Source of the DNA: Verrucomicrobiaceae bacterium
Lineage (GTDB): Bacteria > Verrucomicrobiota > Verrucomicrobiia > Chthoniobacterales > JAATET01
Reading direction: 5' to 3'
NCBI GenBank assembly: GCA_027488755.1
Contig: JAIYAZ010000047.1
Location: 95,982-159,981, forward strand
Length of the DNA: 64,000 nt
Part shown: positions 28,385 to 38,900 of the stretch, in pieces
Layout: each line of letters opens with the position of its first letter
How positions within the stretch are numbered: position 1 is the first letter of the stretch
Notes under the pieces: generated by a model
Databases searched by the model: none
What the model was told of the DNA's origin: nothing
What the model saw: the letters and a program-made list of their open reading frames with translations, nothing else
Translations under genes and position numbers: made by a program

Positions 28385-29230
28385 ATGGATTCCCAGATTG
28401 TGCGGCGGATGTCGCGGGCGGAGTTGGACGGGGTGGTGGCCTGGGCGGCGCAGGAGGGGTGGAACCCGGGACGCGACGATGCCGGGGCCTTTTGGGCGGC
28501 GGATCCGGAGGGATTCTTCGTGGCCGAACGGGCGGGGGAGATCGTGGGAGCCATCTCGGCGGTGCGCTACGGGGCGGACTATGGATTTGTCGGCTTATTC
28601 ATTGTGCGGCCCGGTGAGCGGGGGCGGGAGCTGGGCTGGCGGTTGGCCGAGGCGGCGCTGGCGCACCTGGGGGAGCGGGTGATCGGGATCGATGGGGTGC
28701 TCGCCAAGGAGCGGCAATACGCGAAGTTTTTCGGGTTTCGGCTGGCGCACCGCAACGTGCGCTACGGCGGGGTGCCGCGGGGCTTGCCGGCGCCTTCCGC
28801 CGGGCTCGAGCCGGTGGCGGCGGTGCCGTTTGTGGAGTTGGCGGCGTTTGATGCGCGCCACGTGCCGGCGCCGCGGGAGACGTTTTTGCGGGCCTGGCTG
28901 GAGTTGCCGCATGGGTTCGGCCTCGTGGCGCGGGAGGGTGGGGGCATCGCGGGCTACGGCGTCGCCCGGGAATGCGTCGAGGGCTGGAAGATCGGCCCGC
29001 TTTTTGCCGCGCGGCCGGAGGTCGCGGCGGATCTCCTGGCCGGGCTGGCAGCGGGCGCGGGCGGGGGGGTGGTTTATCTCGACGTGCCGGAGGACAACGC
29101 CGCCGCCCGGGCGCTCGCGGCGCGGCATGGGCTGGCCGAGGTCTTTGCCACGGCGCGCATGTATCGGGGCGCGGCCCCGGCGTTGCCGCGGGAGGCCATT
29201 TACGGCATCACGACCTTTGAGCTGGGCTAG
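28385..29230 (+). CDS. GNAT family N-acetyltransferase with a C-terminal YitH-like domain
   Basis: 281 aa. VAERAGEIVGAISAVRYG...GLFIVRPGERGRELGWRLAEAAL (acetyl-CoA binding Q/RxxGxG/A-like). Confidence 0.8.
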   Translation: MDSQIVRRMSRAELDGVVAWAAQEGWNPGRDDAGAFWAADPEGFFVAERAGEIVGAISAVRYGADYGFVGLFIVRPGERGRELGWRLAEAALAHLGERVIGIDGVLAKERQYAKFFGFRLAHRNVRYGGVPRGLPAPSAGLEPVAAVPFVELAAFDARHVPAPRETFLRAWLELPHGFGLVAREGGGIAGYGVARECVEGWKIGPLFAARPEVAADLLAGLAAGAGGGVVYLDVPEDNAAARALAARHGLAEVFATARMYRGAAPALPREAIYGITTFELG

Positions 29231-29640
29231 CCGACCCAGCGAAAGGTGGTGGCTTTCTCCACCTCGGGATGGAGGCTCAGCGCGACGGGGCATTGCTCGG
29301 CCACGCGTTCCAGGTCGGCCCGGTGGGGGTGGTCGGCGGGGAGGGGGACGTCGATTTCGACCTCGATGCGGGCGATTTTTCGCGGGGCGGTGGCAGTCAT
29401 GATCTTCCGGATCGTGGCGCGGGCCCCGGCGGGAAAGTCAAAGCCCTGGCGCTGGGCGAAGATGCCCATGGTGGTGACCATGCAGGCGCCGAGCGAGGTG
29501 GCGCAGAGGTCCGTGGGGCTGAAGGCCGCGCCCTGGCCGAGGTTGTCGGTGGGGGCGTCGGTGAGGATGCGGGTGCCGGAGGGGCCGTGCGTGGCCTCGC
29601 AGCGGAGGCCGCCGAGATAGGTGAGGGAAAATTCAACCAT
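29227..29640 (-). CDS. OsmC/Ohr family peroxiredoxin-like protein
   Basis: 137 aa. FSPTDLCATSLGACM and AEQCPVALSL are the two conserved Cys contexts of OsmC. Confidence 0.85.
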   Translation of the reverse strand: MVEFSLTYLGGLRCEATHGPSGTRILTDAPTDNLGQGAAFSPTDLCATSLGACMVTTMGIFAQRQGFDFPAGARATIRKIMTATAPRKIARIEVEIDVPLPADHPHRADLERVAEQCPVALSLHPEVEKATTFRWVG

Positions 29641-29711
29641 GGCGCGCCCAGTTTTCCGCGGAAGCGGGCGCGTGGCGATGCGGAATTTTCCCCGCGGCGC
29701 GGCGGGGGCGG

Positions 29712-30944
29712 TCAGCGGCGGCGCTTTTTCGCGGCGGCGCCGAACTTCATGCCCTTGTGGGTGCGGACGCCCTTCGCGCCCTTGAGCACCTGCTTGACGC
29801 GGGCTTCGTCGAACACCGCGGAATACACGTAGTCAAAGCCCTCGAGCTTGGTGCGCTCGACCTTCTGGCCGATGAAGCGCTCGATGTCCTCGACGTGCGG
29901 GAGTTCCTCGGCCGTCATGATCGTGAAGGCGTCGCCGGTGGCCTCGGCGCGGCCGGTGCGGCCGATGCGGTGGACGTAGTCCTCGGGGTGCTGGGGCACG
30001 TCGTAGTTGATGACGTGGCTCACGCCGGCGATGTCGATGCCGCGGGCGGCGATGTCGGTGGCGACCATGACCTCGTATTTGCCGCTCTTGAAGCCCTCGA
30101 GCGCGTCGATGCGCTCCTGCTGGGTGCGATTGCTGTGCAGGGAGGTGACGGAATGTTTTTCGTCCTTGAGCTTGCGGGTGATGCGGTCGGCGCCTTCCTT
30201 CGTGCGCGAGAAAATCAGCACGCTGTGGTAGTTCGTCGCTTCGAGGAGGGCGAGGAGGAGGTCGAACTTCTGGTCCGCGGCGACCGGGTAGATCGCGTGG
30301 GTGACGCTTTCGGCGGGCGAGCGGCGGGCGCCGATTTCGATTTTTTCGGGGTCCTTGAGGCACCAGGTGGCGAGGCGACCGATTTCGTCCGGCACGGTGG
30401 CCGAGTAAAGGAGGGTCTGCCGCTGTTCGGGGCATTTTTCAATGATGCGCCGCACGTCGGGCAGAAAGCCCATGTCGAGCATGCGGTCGACCTCGTCGAG
30501 GACGAGGATTTCAATGCGGTCGAGGCGGACGTCGCCCTGCTCCATGAAGTCGAGCAGCCGGCCGGGGGTCGCGCACACGATGTCCGCGCCGGCCTTCAAT
30601 TCCTCGCGCTGCTTGCCGTAACCGACGCCGCCGAAGAGGCAGGTGATGTCGATGTGCATGAACCGGGCATAGTCGCGAAAGGCGGTCTCGACCTGCATGG
30701 CGAGCTCGCGCGTGGGCTCCAGCACGAGGCAGCGGGGATGGCCCTGGCCGTTGCCGAGGCGGGAGAGGATCGGCAGCGCAAAGGCGCCGGTTTTGCCCGT
30801 GCCGGTTTGCGCGGAGGCGATGAGGTCCCGGCCGGACAGGACGACCGGGAAGGAACGCAATTGAATGGGACTCGGGTCCACGTAGCCCATCCGCTGTGCG
30901 CCGTGAACGACCGCATCGGAGAGGCCTAAATCTTGAAATGACAT
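29712..30944 (-). CDS. DEAD-box ATP-dependent RNA helicase (RhlE-like)
   Basis: 410 aa. Q-motif PSPIQ, AQTGTGKT, PTRELA, DEVD (the DEAD position), SAT, HRIGRTGRA. Confidence 0.95.
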   Translation of the reverse strand: MSFQDLGLSDAVVHGAQRMGYVDPSPIQLRSFPVVLSGRDLIASAQTGTGKTGAFALPILSRLGNGQGHPRCLVLEPTRELAMQVETAFRDYARFMHIDITCLFGGVGYGKQREELKAGADIVCATPGRLLDFMEQGDVRLDRIEILVLDEVDRMLDMGFLPDVRRIIEKCPEQRQTLLYSATVPDEIGRLATWCLKDPEKIEIGARRSPAESVTHAIYPVAADQKFDLLLALLEATNYHSVLIFSRTKEGADRITRKLKDEKHSVTSLHSNRTQQERIDALEGFKSGKYEVMVATDIAARGIDIAGVSHVINYDVPQHPEDYVHRIGRTGRAEATGDAFTIMTAEELPHVEDIERFIGQKVERTKLEGFDYVYSAVFDEARVKQVLKGAKGVRTHKGMKFGAAAKKRRR

Positions 30945-31051
30945 AACTGCAAACCGTGAAATTGGTCACGATGCCGCGGGGTGTCGAAGGAAAAATATGC
31001 CCTTTCGCTTGGCGCGGCGGGGGAAGCGGCCCATTTTTGGGGTTTTCGTCC

Positions 31052-31585
31052 ATGGATTCCTTCGAACTGCTGGGCCTTCCCCGCCAAGCCTGGCTCGACC
31101 CCGCGGCCATCCGGGCGGCCTTCCAGGAGCGGGCGCGCGTGCTCCATCCGGATGCCGCCGCCGGGGACGAGGCCGCCTTTGCGCGCCTGAACGCGGCCTG
31201 CCAGGAACTCGGCATCGTTTCTCGCCGCCTGCGGCTGCTGGCCGCGGGGGCCGAAGCGCCGGCCGTGCCGTGGGATCCCGCCCTCGGCTTTGAAATCGCC
31301 GGGCTCCTGCCGGCCGTGGACGCCGAGCTGGCCGCGGGAAATGCGCCGGGCAATCCCCTGCTGACAGTCCTGCGCGCCCAGCGCCGCCGGGACCTCGCGA
31401 CGCGAGTCGCGGCGCTGCTCGCCGGGGTGGCCCGGCGGCGGGAACAAGCCGAGGCGGAGTTGCGCCGCCTGGCGCCCGGGGAGGCGGCGGCCCTCGCGGG
31501 GATGGCGACGGAGTTTGCCTACCTCGAGCGGTGGGAGGAGCAGTTGCGCCGCCGCGAGCTGGAGCTGCGGATCCTGGCGGGTTGA
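31052..31585 (+). CDS. J-domain (DnaJ-like) co-chaperone
   Basis: Trimmed to MDSFELLGLPRQAWLDPAAIRAAFQERARVLHPDAAAGDEAAFARLNAACQEL, which is a J-domain with an HPD motif. 177 aa with a helical C-terminus. Confidence 0.6.
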   Translation: MDSFELLGLPRQAWLDPAAIRAAFQERARVLHPDAAAGDEAAFARLNAACQELGIVSRRLRLLAAGAEAPAVPWDPALGFEIAGLLPAVDAELAAGNAPGNPLLTVLRAQRRRDLATRVAALLAGVARRREQAEAELRRLAPGEAAALAGMATEFAYLERWEEQLRRRELELRILAG

Positions 31586-31656
31586 GCGGGGCGTTTTCGG
31601 GCGGTTCTTCAAGGAGGGGGAGGCCCGAGGCTGGCATCCGGGTGTAGACTGCCGTC

Positions 31657-33882
31657 ATGACCGATCCAACCGACACGCCTCGCGGCGCTGGTGAGACCGA
31701 AAAGCACGCGTGCTGTCATGCCCCCCAGCCGGTGGAGCCGCGCCCCCGTCCGCGCAAGGCGTGGTATTGCCCGATGTGCCCGGGCGTTGAATCGGATGAG
31801 CCCGGCACCTGCCCGATCTGCGGCATGGCGCTCGAGCCGACCGACCCGGCCGCGGCCGATGAGCGGGAGCGCCGCTCGATGGAACGGCGGTTCCTCGGCG
31901 GAGCGGTGCTGGCGCTGCCGGTGGTGGTGCTCGCGATGGGGGCGCATTTGCCCGGCGTCGCGGCGGTGCCGGCCGCGCTTTCGCTCTGGATCCAGTTCGC
32001 GCTGGCAACGCCCGTTGTCGGGATCGCCGGCTGGCCGCTTTGGCAGCGGGGGCTGCGTTCGTTCCGGCCCGGGGCGCGGCTGAACATGTTTTCCCTCATC
32101 GTCCTCGGGGTGGGCGCGGCCTACGGCTTCAGCCTCTGGTCGCTTTTTGCCGTGACGACGGGCCGGGCGGCGACGGCCCCCGTTTACTTTGAGGCGGCGG
32201 CGGTGATCACCGTGCTCGTGCTGCTGGGGCAGGCGCTGGAGTTGCGGGCCCGGGCCGGCACCGGCGCGGCGATCCGGGCGTTGATGAATCTGGCCCCGCC
32301 CGTCGCGGTGAAGGTGGAAGCCGACGGCGAGCGGGAGGTGCCGCTGGCCGAGGTGCTCGTGGGGGATCGTCTCCGCGTGAAGCCCGGGGCCAAGGTGCCC
32401 GTGGACGGCGTGATCGAAAGCGGCGCCGGGGCGGTGGATGAATCCATGCTCACCGGCGAGTCCATGCCGGTGCGCCGGCAGCCCGGCGATTCGCTTGCGG
32501 CGGGCACGCTGAACGGCGAAGGCAGCCTGATCCTGCGCGCGGAACGCGTCGGCGCGGACACGCTGCTCGCCCGCATTGTGGCGATGGTGGCCGAAGCGCA
32601 ACGGTCCCGCGCTCCGATCCAACGGCTGGCCGACGCGGTCTCCGCGTGGTTTGTGCCGGCCGTGCTCGTTTTTGCCGTGGTCACGTTTGTCCTCTGGCTG
32701 TTCCTGGGCGGGCAGGGTCCCGGCTTTGCGCTCACGCAGGCCGTGGCGGTCCTGATCATCGCCTGCCCCTGCGCCCTTGGGCTGGCCACGCCGATGTCGA
32801 TCATGGTCGCGGTCGGTCGCGGGGCGGGCTCCGGCGTGCTCGTGCGGGAGGCCGCGGCGCTCGAGGTGCTCGGTCGCGTAACGGTGGTCGCGGTCGACAA
32901 AACGGGCACGCTCACCGAGGGGCACCCGCGCTTGACCGCGCTGGAATCCGCCGGCGACACGCCGCTGGACGAACTGCTCGCGCTCACCGCCAGCCTGGAA
33001 CAGGCCAGCGAACATCCGCTCGCGGCGGCCGTCGTGCGGGCGGCGCGGGAGCGGAATCTCGACCTCGGAGCCGTGGAGGATTTCTCGGCCGTGCCCGGTT
33101 GCGGCGTGCGGGGCCGCGTGAACGGCCGCGCGTTGCGGGCCGGCTCCAGTCGCTGGCTCGCGGAGGATCTCCCGTTGCCGGAGGGGCTCACCGCCGCGGC
33201 CCGCCAGGCGGAAGAGGCCGGACAAACCGTGCTCTGGCTGGCGACGGACGCGGCCGCGCTCGGGTGGATCGCGCTCTCCGATCCCATCAAACCCACGGCC
33301 GCCTCCGCCATCGCCGGCCTCCACGCGCGGGGCGTGCGGGTCGTGATGCTCACCGGCGACAACGCCCGCGTGGCCGGCCGGGTGGCGCGCACGCTCGGCC
33401 TGGATGAATTCACCGCCGAAGTCACCCCCGCCGGGAAACTCGCCGCCGTTCGCAGCCTGCGCGCGGGCGGGGCGGTCGTGGCCATGGCGGGCGACGGCGT
33501 CAACGACGCCCCGGCCCTGGCGGCGGCGGACGTCGGCCTGGCCATGGGCACCGGCACCGACGCCGCGATGCACAGCGCCGGCGTTACCCTCGTCAAAGGC
33601 GACCTGCGCGGCATCGGCCAGGCGTTGGCCCTCGGGCGCGCCACGATGGCGAACATCCGCCAGAACCTCTTTTTCGCCTTCGCCTACAACGCGCTCGGCG
33701 TCCCCATCGCCGCCGGCGCGCTCTACCCGTGGCTCGGTTGGACGCTCGATCCCATGCTCGCCAGCGCCGCCATGGCGTTGAGCAGCGTGTGCGTCGTGGC
33801 GAATGCGCTGCGCCTGCGGAAGGCGGATTTGCAATCCCCGGTTGCGGATTCCCCACCAGGGCTTAAACTGACGGCGTTGTGA
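31657..33882 (+). CDS. copA: Copper-translocating P1B-type ATPase
   Basis: 741 aa. N-terminal CCH and CPMCPGV...CPICGM metal-binding finger, TGES, ACPCALGLATP, DKTGTLT, GDGVNDAPAL. Confidence 0.95.
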   Translation: MTDPTDTPRGAGETEKHACCHAPQPVEPRPRPRKAWYCPMCPGVESDEPGTCPICGMALEPTDPAAADERERRSMERRFLGGAVLALPVVVLAMGAHLPGVAAVPAALSLWIQFALATPVVGIAGWPLWQRGLRSFRPGARLNMFSLIVLGVGAAYGFSLWSLFAVTTGRAATAPVYFEAAAVITVLVLLGQALELRARAGTGAAIRALMNLAPPVAVKVEADGEREVPLAEVLVGDRLRVKPGAKVPVDGVIESGAGAVDESMLTGESMPVRRQPGDSLAAGTLNGEGSLILRAERVGADTLLARIVAMVAEAQRSRAPIQRLADAVSAWFVPAVLVFAVVTFVLWLFLGGQGPGFALTQAVAVLIIACPCALGLATPMSIMVAVGRGAGSGVLVREAAALEVLGRVTVVAVDKTGTLTEGHPRLTALESAGDTPLDELLALTASLEQASEHPLAAAVVRAARERNLDLGAVEDFSAVPGCGVRGRVNGRALRAGSSRWLAEDLPLPEGLTAAARQAEEAGQTVLWLATDAAALGWIALSDPIKPTAASAIAGLHARGVRVVMLTGDNARVAGRVARTLGLDEFTAEVTPAGKLAAVRSLRAGGAVVAMAGDGVNDAPALAAADVGLAMGTGTDAAMHSAGVTLVKGDLRGIGQALALGRATMANIRQNLFFAFAYNALGVPIAAGALYPWLGWTLDPMLASAAMALSSVCVVANALRLRKADLQSPVADSPPGLKLTAL

Positions 33883-34319
33883 AACGCCCCGCGTCCACCG
33901 CCCGTGCCACGACTTCCGCCTCCGCGAAGTCGCTCGCCGTGATCGTCACCCTCTTCGTGGCGCTCTTCCTCGCGGTCAACCATTGCGAACTCGGCGCGCT
34001 CACCGCCTCCGCGCGGGCGGAGTCCGCCTGCTGCGCGAAAAAATCCGCGCCCGCCCCGCTGCCCGCCGGCTGCCATTTCGCGGAATGCTGCGCGGCCCTC
34101 GCCGGTCCGCTGCCCGTGCTGGCCACCGTCCCCCCCGCGCCCTGGTTGCCGCATCTTCCGGTGATTGCCCCCGCCCGCGCGGAGGTCCCGCCGCCTACCG
34201 CGCCGGAACTCGCCGCCCGCGACGGCCGGGCGCACGGACCGCCCGGAGGCATCCGCTTTTTGCAGGTTCTTGGTTCGCGCAGCGTGCCCGCGCATGGGCC
34301 GCCCGCCTGGTTGGCTTGA
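33879..34319 (+). CDS. Hypothetical small membrane protein with a Cys/His-rich segment
   Basis: 146 aa. The GTG start overlaps the copA stop (GTGA). TM helix LAVIVTLFVALFLAV, then NHCELG...SACCAKK...AGCHFAECCAAL (6 Cys and 2 His in ~40 aa). High GC3 over the first ~100 codons. Confidence 0.45.
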   Translation: MKRPASTARATTSASAKSLAVIVTLFVALFLAVNHCELGALTASARAESACCAKKSAPAPLPAGCHFAECCAALAGPLPVLATVPPAPWLPHLPVIAPARAEVPPPTAPELAARDGRAHGPPGGIRFLQVLGSRSVPAHGPPAWLA

Positions 34320-34416
34320 TCGTGAACGTCCCGCGCCGCCCGCATTCGGAGCGGCGGGGCGCCTAGCGGGTAGGGCGACTTCTGCCCGCGCCAATCATTC
34401 CAACCAATTACATCCA

Positions 34417-34668
34417 ATGAAAATTTCGACTCTGCTTCTTCTCTTCACCGCGCTCCTCGGCTCCCTGAGGGCCGCCGACGCGCCCGCCTATCCGCTCACG
34501 ACCTGCGTGGTCTCGGGCGAAAAACTCGGCGAAATGGGCAAACCCGTCGTCGTGACCCACGAGGGCACCGAGGTCCACCTCTGCTGCAAAGGCTGCCAGC
34601 GGGAATTCGACAAGGATCCCGAGGCCTTTGTTTCCAAGGTGAAGGCGGCCACCCCGGCCAAGCCGTAA
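34417..34668 (+). CDS. Secreted YHS/TRASH-like metal-binding domain protein
   Basis: Trimmed to MKISTLLLLFTALLGSLRA (signal peptide). TCVVSGEKLGEMGKPVVVTHEGTEVHLCCKGCQREFDKDPEAF fits the YHS-domain pattern. Confidence 0.6.
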   Translation: MKISTLLLLFTALLGSLRAADAPAYPLTTCVVSGEKLGEMGKPVVVTHEGTEVHLCCKGCQREFDKDPEAFVSKVKAATPAKP

Positions 34669-34726
34669 ACCGGTCCGCCGGATCGTCGCCCCCGCGGGTG
34701 GCGATCCGGCAAACCCCAACCGGATC

Positions 34727-35941
34727 ATGAAATCCCTTGCCCGCGCGGCACGGGCGGTCGGCCTTTTCGGCCTGCTGCTCGTCGTGGCCGCCTGCTCCAA
34801 ACCCGCCGCCCCCGAGGCGCGGCGCGTGAAATTCTACCAAAGCCCGATGCACCCGTGGATCACCGCGGACAAGCCGGGTAACTGCACCATCTGCGGCATG
34901 GCCCTCGTGCCGGTCTACGAGGGCGAGCCGGGCGCTGCCGCGGCAAAAACCAACGATGTCGCGCTCACGCAATCCGGCGTTCACGCCCTGGGCGTGGCGA
35001 CCGTGCCCGTTGGCCGCGTCGACCTCACGCGCACGCTCCGCTTGAGCGGCGTCTTCGAGGACGATGACAATCTCCACCGCGTTGTCGCCGCCTTTTACGA
35101 CGGGCGCATCGACCGCGTCTACGTCGACCACGTCGGCCAGTTCGTCACCCGGGGCACCCCGCTTGCCGCCATCTACAGCCCGGAACTCCTCTACGTCGTG
35201 CGCGAGCTGCAGACCGCCACCCAGGCCGGGGAAGCCGCCGTCGCCGCCAGCTCCGCGCGCCGGCTCGTGCAGTATGGTCTGCCTGCCGAGCAGGTCGCCG
35301 CCCTGGCCCGGCAGCGTCAGCCCGCCTCCACCATCGATCTCCTTGCGCCCGACGACGGCACTATTGTCGTGCGCAGCGCCATCCAGGGCCAATACATCAA
35401 GACGGGCGAGCCGCTCTTCGAACTCGGCAACCTCGCCCGGCTCTGGTTCCACGCCGAGGTTTACGAGCGCGACGTCCCGCTCCTGCGCGCGGGGCAACCC
35501 GCCACGCTCACCACCCCCACCGTGCCCGGCCGGGACTTCCCCGGGGTCGTCACCTTCATCGACCCGAACTTCGACCCCACCTCGCGCAGCACCAAGGTTC
35601 GCATCGAGGTCGATAATCCCCTCGTCCCCGGAGATCCGTCCGGGGGCCGTCGAATCATTCCCCACCGGGCCTACGGCGAGGCCCGCGTCACCGTGAATCT
35701 CGGCCCCGCCCTCGTTGTGCCGGCCTCGGCCGTGCTGCGCGACGGGCGGCGATCCGTCGCCTACATCGAAACCGCCCCCGGCCGCTACGAGCCCCGCGCC
35801 GTCCGGCTCGGCCGCTCCGGCGACGACGGCATCGAGGTGCTCTCCGGTCTGGCCGAAGGCGAGCGGGTCGTCGCCACCGGCAACCTTCTCATCGATGCCG
35901 AGGCCCAGTTGCGCGCCAGCGGCGAACCGACCACGCCATGA
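34727..35941 (+). CDS. cusB: Heavy-metal efflux RND periplasmic adaptor (CusB-like) with an N-terminal metal-binding finger
   Basis: 404 aa. Lipobox LLLVVAAC, YQSPMHPWITADKPGNCTICGMALVP, HlyD-type barrel-sandwich/beta-barrel segments. Confidence 0.85.
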   Translation: MKSLARAARAVGLFGLLLVVAACSKPAAPEARRVKFYQSPMHPWITADKPGNCTICGMALVPVYEGEPGAAAAKTNDVALTQSGVHALGVATVPVGRVDLTRTLRLSGVFEDDDNLHRVVAAFYDGRIDRVYVDHVGQFVTRGTPLAAIYSPELLYVVRELQTATQAGEAAVAASSARRLVQYGLPAEQVAALARQRQPASTIDLLAPDDGTIVVRSAIQGQYIKTGEPLFELGNLARLWFHAEVYERDVPLLRAGQPATLTTPTVPGRDFPGVVTFIDPNFDPTSRSTKVRIEVDNPLVPGDPSGGRRIIPHRAYGEARVTVNLGPALVVPASAVLRDGRRSVAYIETAPGRYEPRAVRLGRSGDDGIEVLSGLAEGERVVATGNLLIDAEAQLRASGEPTTP

Positions 35942-38900
35942 ACCCACCGCCTCCCGCCGGCGGTGCCATCGCCGCCCTCATCGACTGGTCGCTGCGCAAC
36001 CGCTTCCTCGTGGCTTGCGCCACGCTGCTCCTCGTCGCCAGCGGCATCTGGGCCATCCGCCACACCCCGGTGGACGCCATCCCGGACCTGAGCGAAAACC
36101 AGGTCATCGTGTTTGCGGACTGGCCCGGCCGCAGCCCGCAGGAGGTCGAGGATCAGGTGACCTACCCGCTCTCGACGAACCTCCAGGGCCTCGCCGGCGT
36201 GCGCGAGGTGCGCGCGCAATCCATGTTCGGCTTCTCGCTGCTGACCGTGGTGTTTGCGGATCGCGTGGACAATTCCTTCGCCCGCACGCGCGTGCTCGAA
36301 CGGTTGAGTTTCCTGCCCTCGCTGCTGCCTCCCGGCGTCACCCCGCAGCTTGGCCCCGATGCGACCGGCCTCGGCTGGGTTTACCAGTATTACCTCAAGG
36401 TCGACCCCGCCCGCGCCGGCCCCGGGACCGATCTCGGCTCGCTCCGTTCGCTGCAGGACTTCTTCCTCCGCTACCAGCTCGCGGCCGTGCCCGGCGTGGC
36501 CGAAGTCGCGAGCCTCGGCGGCTTCGTGCGGCAGTATCAGATCGCCGTGGAGTCCGGGAAAATGCGGCAGGCGGGCGTCACCCTGCGCGAGGTGATGGAT
36601 GCCCTTGCCAGCAGCAACCTCAACGTCGGCGGCAAGGTGATCGAGGAGAACGGCATGGAGTTCGTCGTGCGCGGCGTGGGCCTCGTGAACTCCCTCGACG
36701 ACCTGCGGCAGATCGCCGTGAAGAGCAACGGCGACGTGCCGATTTACCTTGGCGATCTCGGCACCGTCTTGATCGGTGGCGACTTCCGGCGCGGCGCGCT
36801 TGACGTCGACGGCCAGGAAGTCGTGGGCGGCATCGTGGTGATGCGCACGGGCGAAAACGCGATGCAGGTCATCGAGCAGGTGAAGGAAAAGGTCGCCGCG
36901 ATCACGCCCAGCCTGCCGCCGGGGGTGACCATCGAGCCGTTCTACGACCGCAGCGACCTGATCAGCCGGACCATCGACACGCTGCGCCACGCGCTGCTTG
37001 AAGAAATTCTCCTCGTGACGCTCGCGCACATCCTCTTCCTCTGGCATTTCCGCAGCATTCTGATCGTCACGATTCCGCTGCCGGTCTCGATCCTCGTCTC
37101 GTTTCTGCTCATGAACGCGTTCGGCATCTCGTCGAACATCATGTCGCTCGCGGGCCTGGCGATTGCCATCGGCGTGCTGGTCGATGCCGGCATTGTGATG
37201 ACGGAAAACGTCATCCGGCACTGCGAGGAAAGCGAACGCGCGCGGGGTCGTCGGCTCACACCCGAGGAGACCCTGGCCACGACGCGCGCGGCGGCGCAGC
37301 AGGTCGGGCGGCCGATCTTTTTCGCGATGGCCATCATCATCCTGGCCTTCCTCCCGGTCTTCGCGCTCGGCGGCCAGGAGGGCAAACTCTTCCACCCCCT
37401 CGCGTTCACAAAGACCTTCGCGATGGTCGGGGCGACCGTGTTGGCGGTGACGCTCGTGCCCGTGCTCTGCACGTGGCTGGTGCGCGGCCCCTTCCGCCCT
37501 GAGCGCGACAATGTCCTCATGCGCACGCTCATGGCGCTGTATCGCCCCGCGCTCGGCTTCGCCCTGCGCCACGGCCGGATCGTGATTGGCGCCGCGGCCG
37601 CGCTGCTGCTGGGCGCCCTGTTTCTCGCCAGCCGCATGGGCAGCGAGTTCATGCCGCCGCTCAACGAGGGCAGCCTGCTCTTCATGCCCGTGCTGCTGCC
37701 CAGCACCTCCCTGCCCGAGGTGAAGCGGGTGATGGCCTGGCAGGACCAGATCATCAAATCCCTGCCCGAGGTCGCCTCCGTGGCCGGCAAGCTCGGGCGC
37801 GCCGACTCCGCGACCGATCCCGCGCCCACCGAAATGATCGAGACCACGATCATGCTCCGCCCGTCCGCGGAATGGCGGCCCGGCATGACGAAGGATCGCA
37901 TCATCGCGGAGCTCAGCGAGCGGTTGAGCGTGGTGCCCGGGTATGTCCCGGGCTTTCTCCAGCCGATCGAAAACCGCGTGCTCATGCTCAGCACGGGCAT
38001 CCGCGCGCAGGTCGGCATCAAGGTGCTCGGGGCGGACCTTGATGAAATTCAGCGCGTCGCTTTTCAAATCGAACGACTCGTGCGCACCGTCCCCGGCGCG
38101 CTTGGCGTTGCGGCTTCGCGCGTGCAGGGCAAACCCTACGTCGAGGTCCACCCCGACCGCCTCGCCCTCGGCCGGTATGGCTTGAAGGTTCGCGACGTGA
38201 TGGACGCCGTGGAAATCGGCATCGGCGGCGTGAACGTGAGCACGACCATCGAGGGCCGGGCGCGTTATCCGATCCAGCTCCGCCTCGACCGCGGCGAGCG
38301 CGACGACCTGGAGCGCCTCGGCGACATCCTGCTCGTGACGCCGGACGGGCGTTCCGTTCCGCTGGGCCAGGTCGCGCGTATCGAGCGGACGACCGGGCCG
38401 AGCGAGATCGCGAGTGAGAACGGCCGGCTGCGCGTGTTTGTGCAGACCAACGTTCAGGGACGCGATCTCGGTGGGTTCGTGAACGAGCTGCGCGCCCGCG
38501 TTGCCCGCGAAATCACGCTGCCGGCCGGGGTGACCATCGAGTGGAGCGGGCAGTTTGAGCACCAGATTCGCGCCCAGCGCACGCTCACGGTGATCGTCCC
38601 GATTGTGCTGCTCATCATCCTCATGCTGCTGACGATGGTGTTCCGTTCGGCGCTGGAGGCTTCGCACGTCATCCTGGCGGTCCCCTTCGCGCTTTCGGGC
38701 GGCATGATCCTCCAATCGCTGCTCGGGTATCCGTTCAGCGTGGCGGTGTGGGTGGGTTACATCGCGCTGTTTGGCACGGCGATTCAGACCGGCGTGGTGA
38801 TGGTCGTGTATCTGGAGGAGGCGCTGGAGCGGAAGCGGCGCGAGCGGGGCGGGGACTTTGCCCTGGCGGACCTTCACGCGGCGATCATGGAGGGCGCGAT

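Noticed and set aside
30926-31676. ORFs 30926..31612(-) and 30966..31676(-) overlapping the J-domain gene
   Set aside because: They are Arg/Pro/Gly-rich shadow frames. The plus-strand frame carries a proper J-domain with HPD and has better start context.
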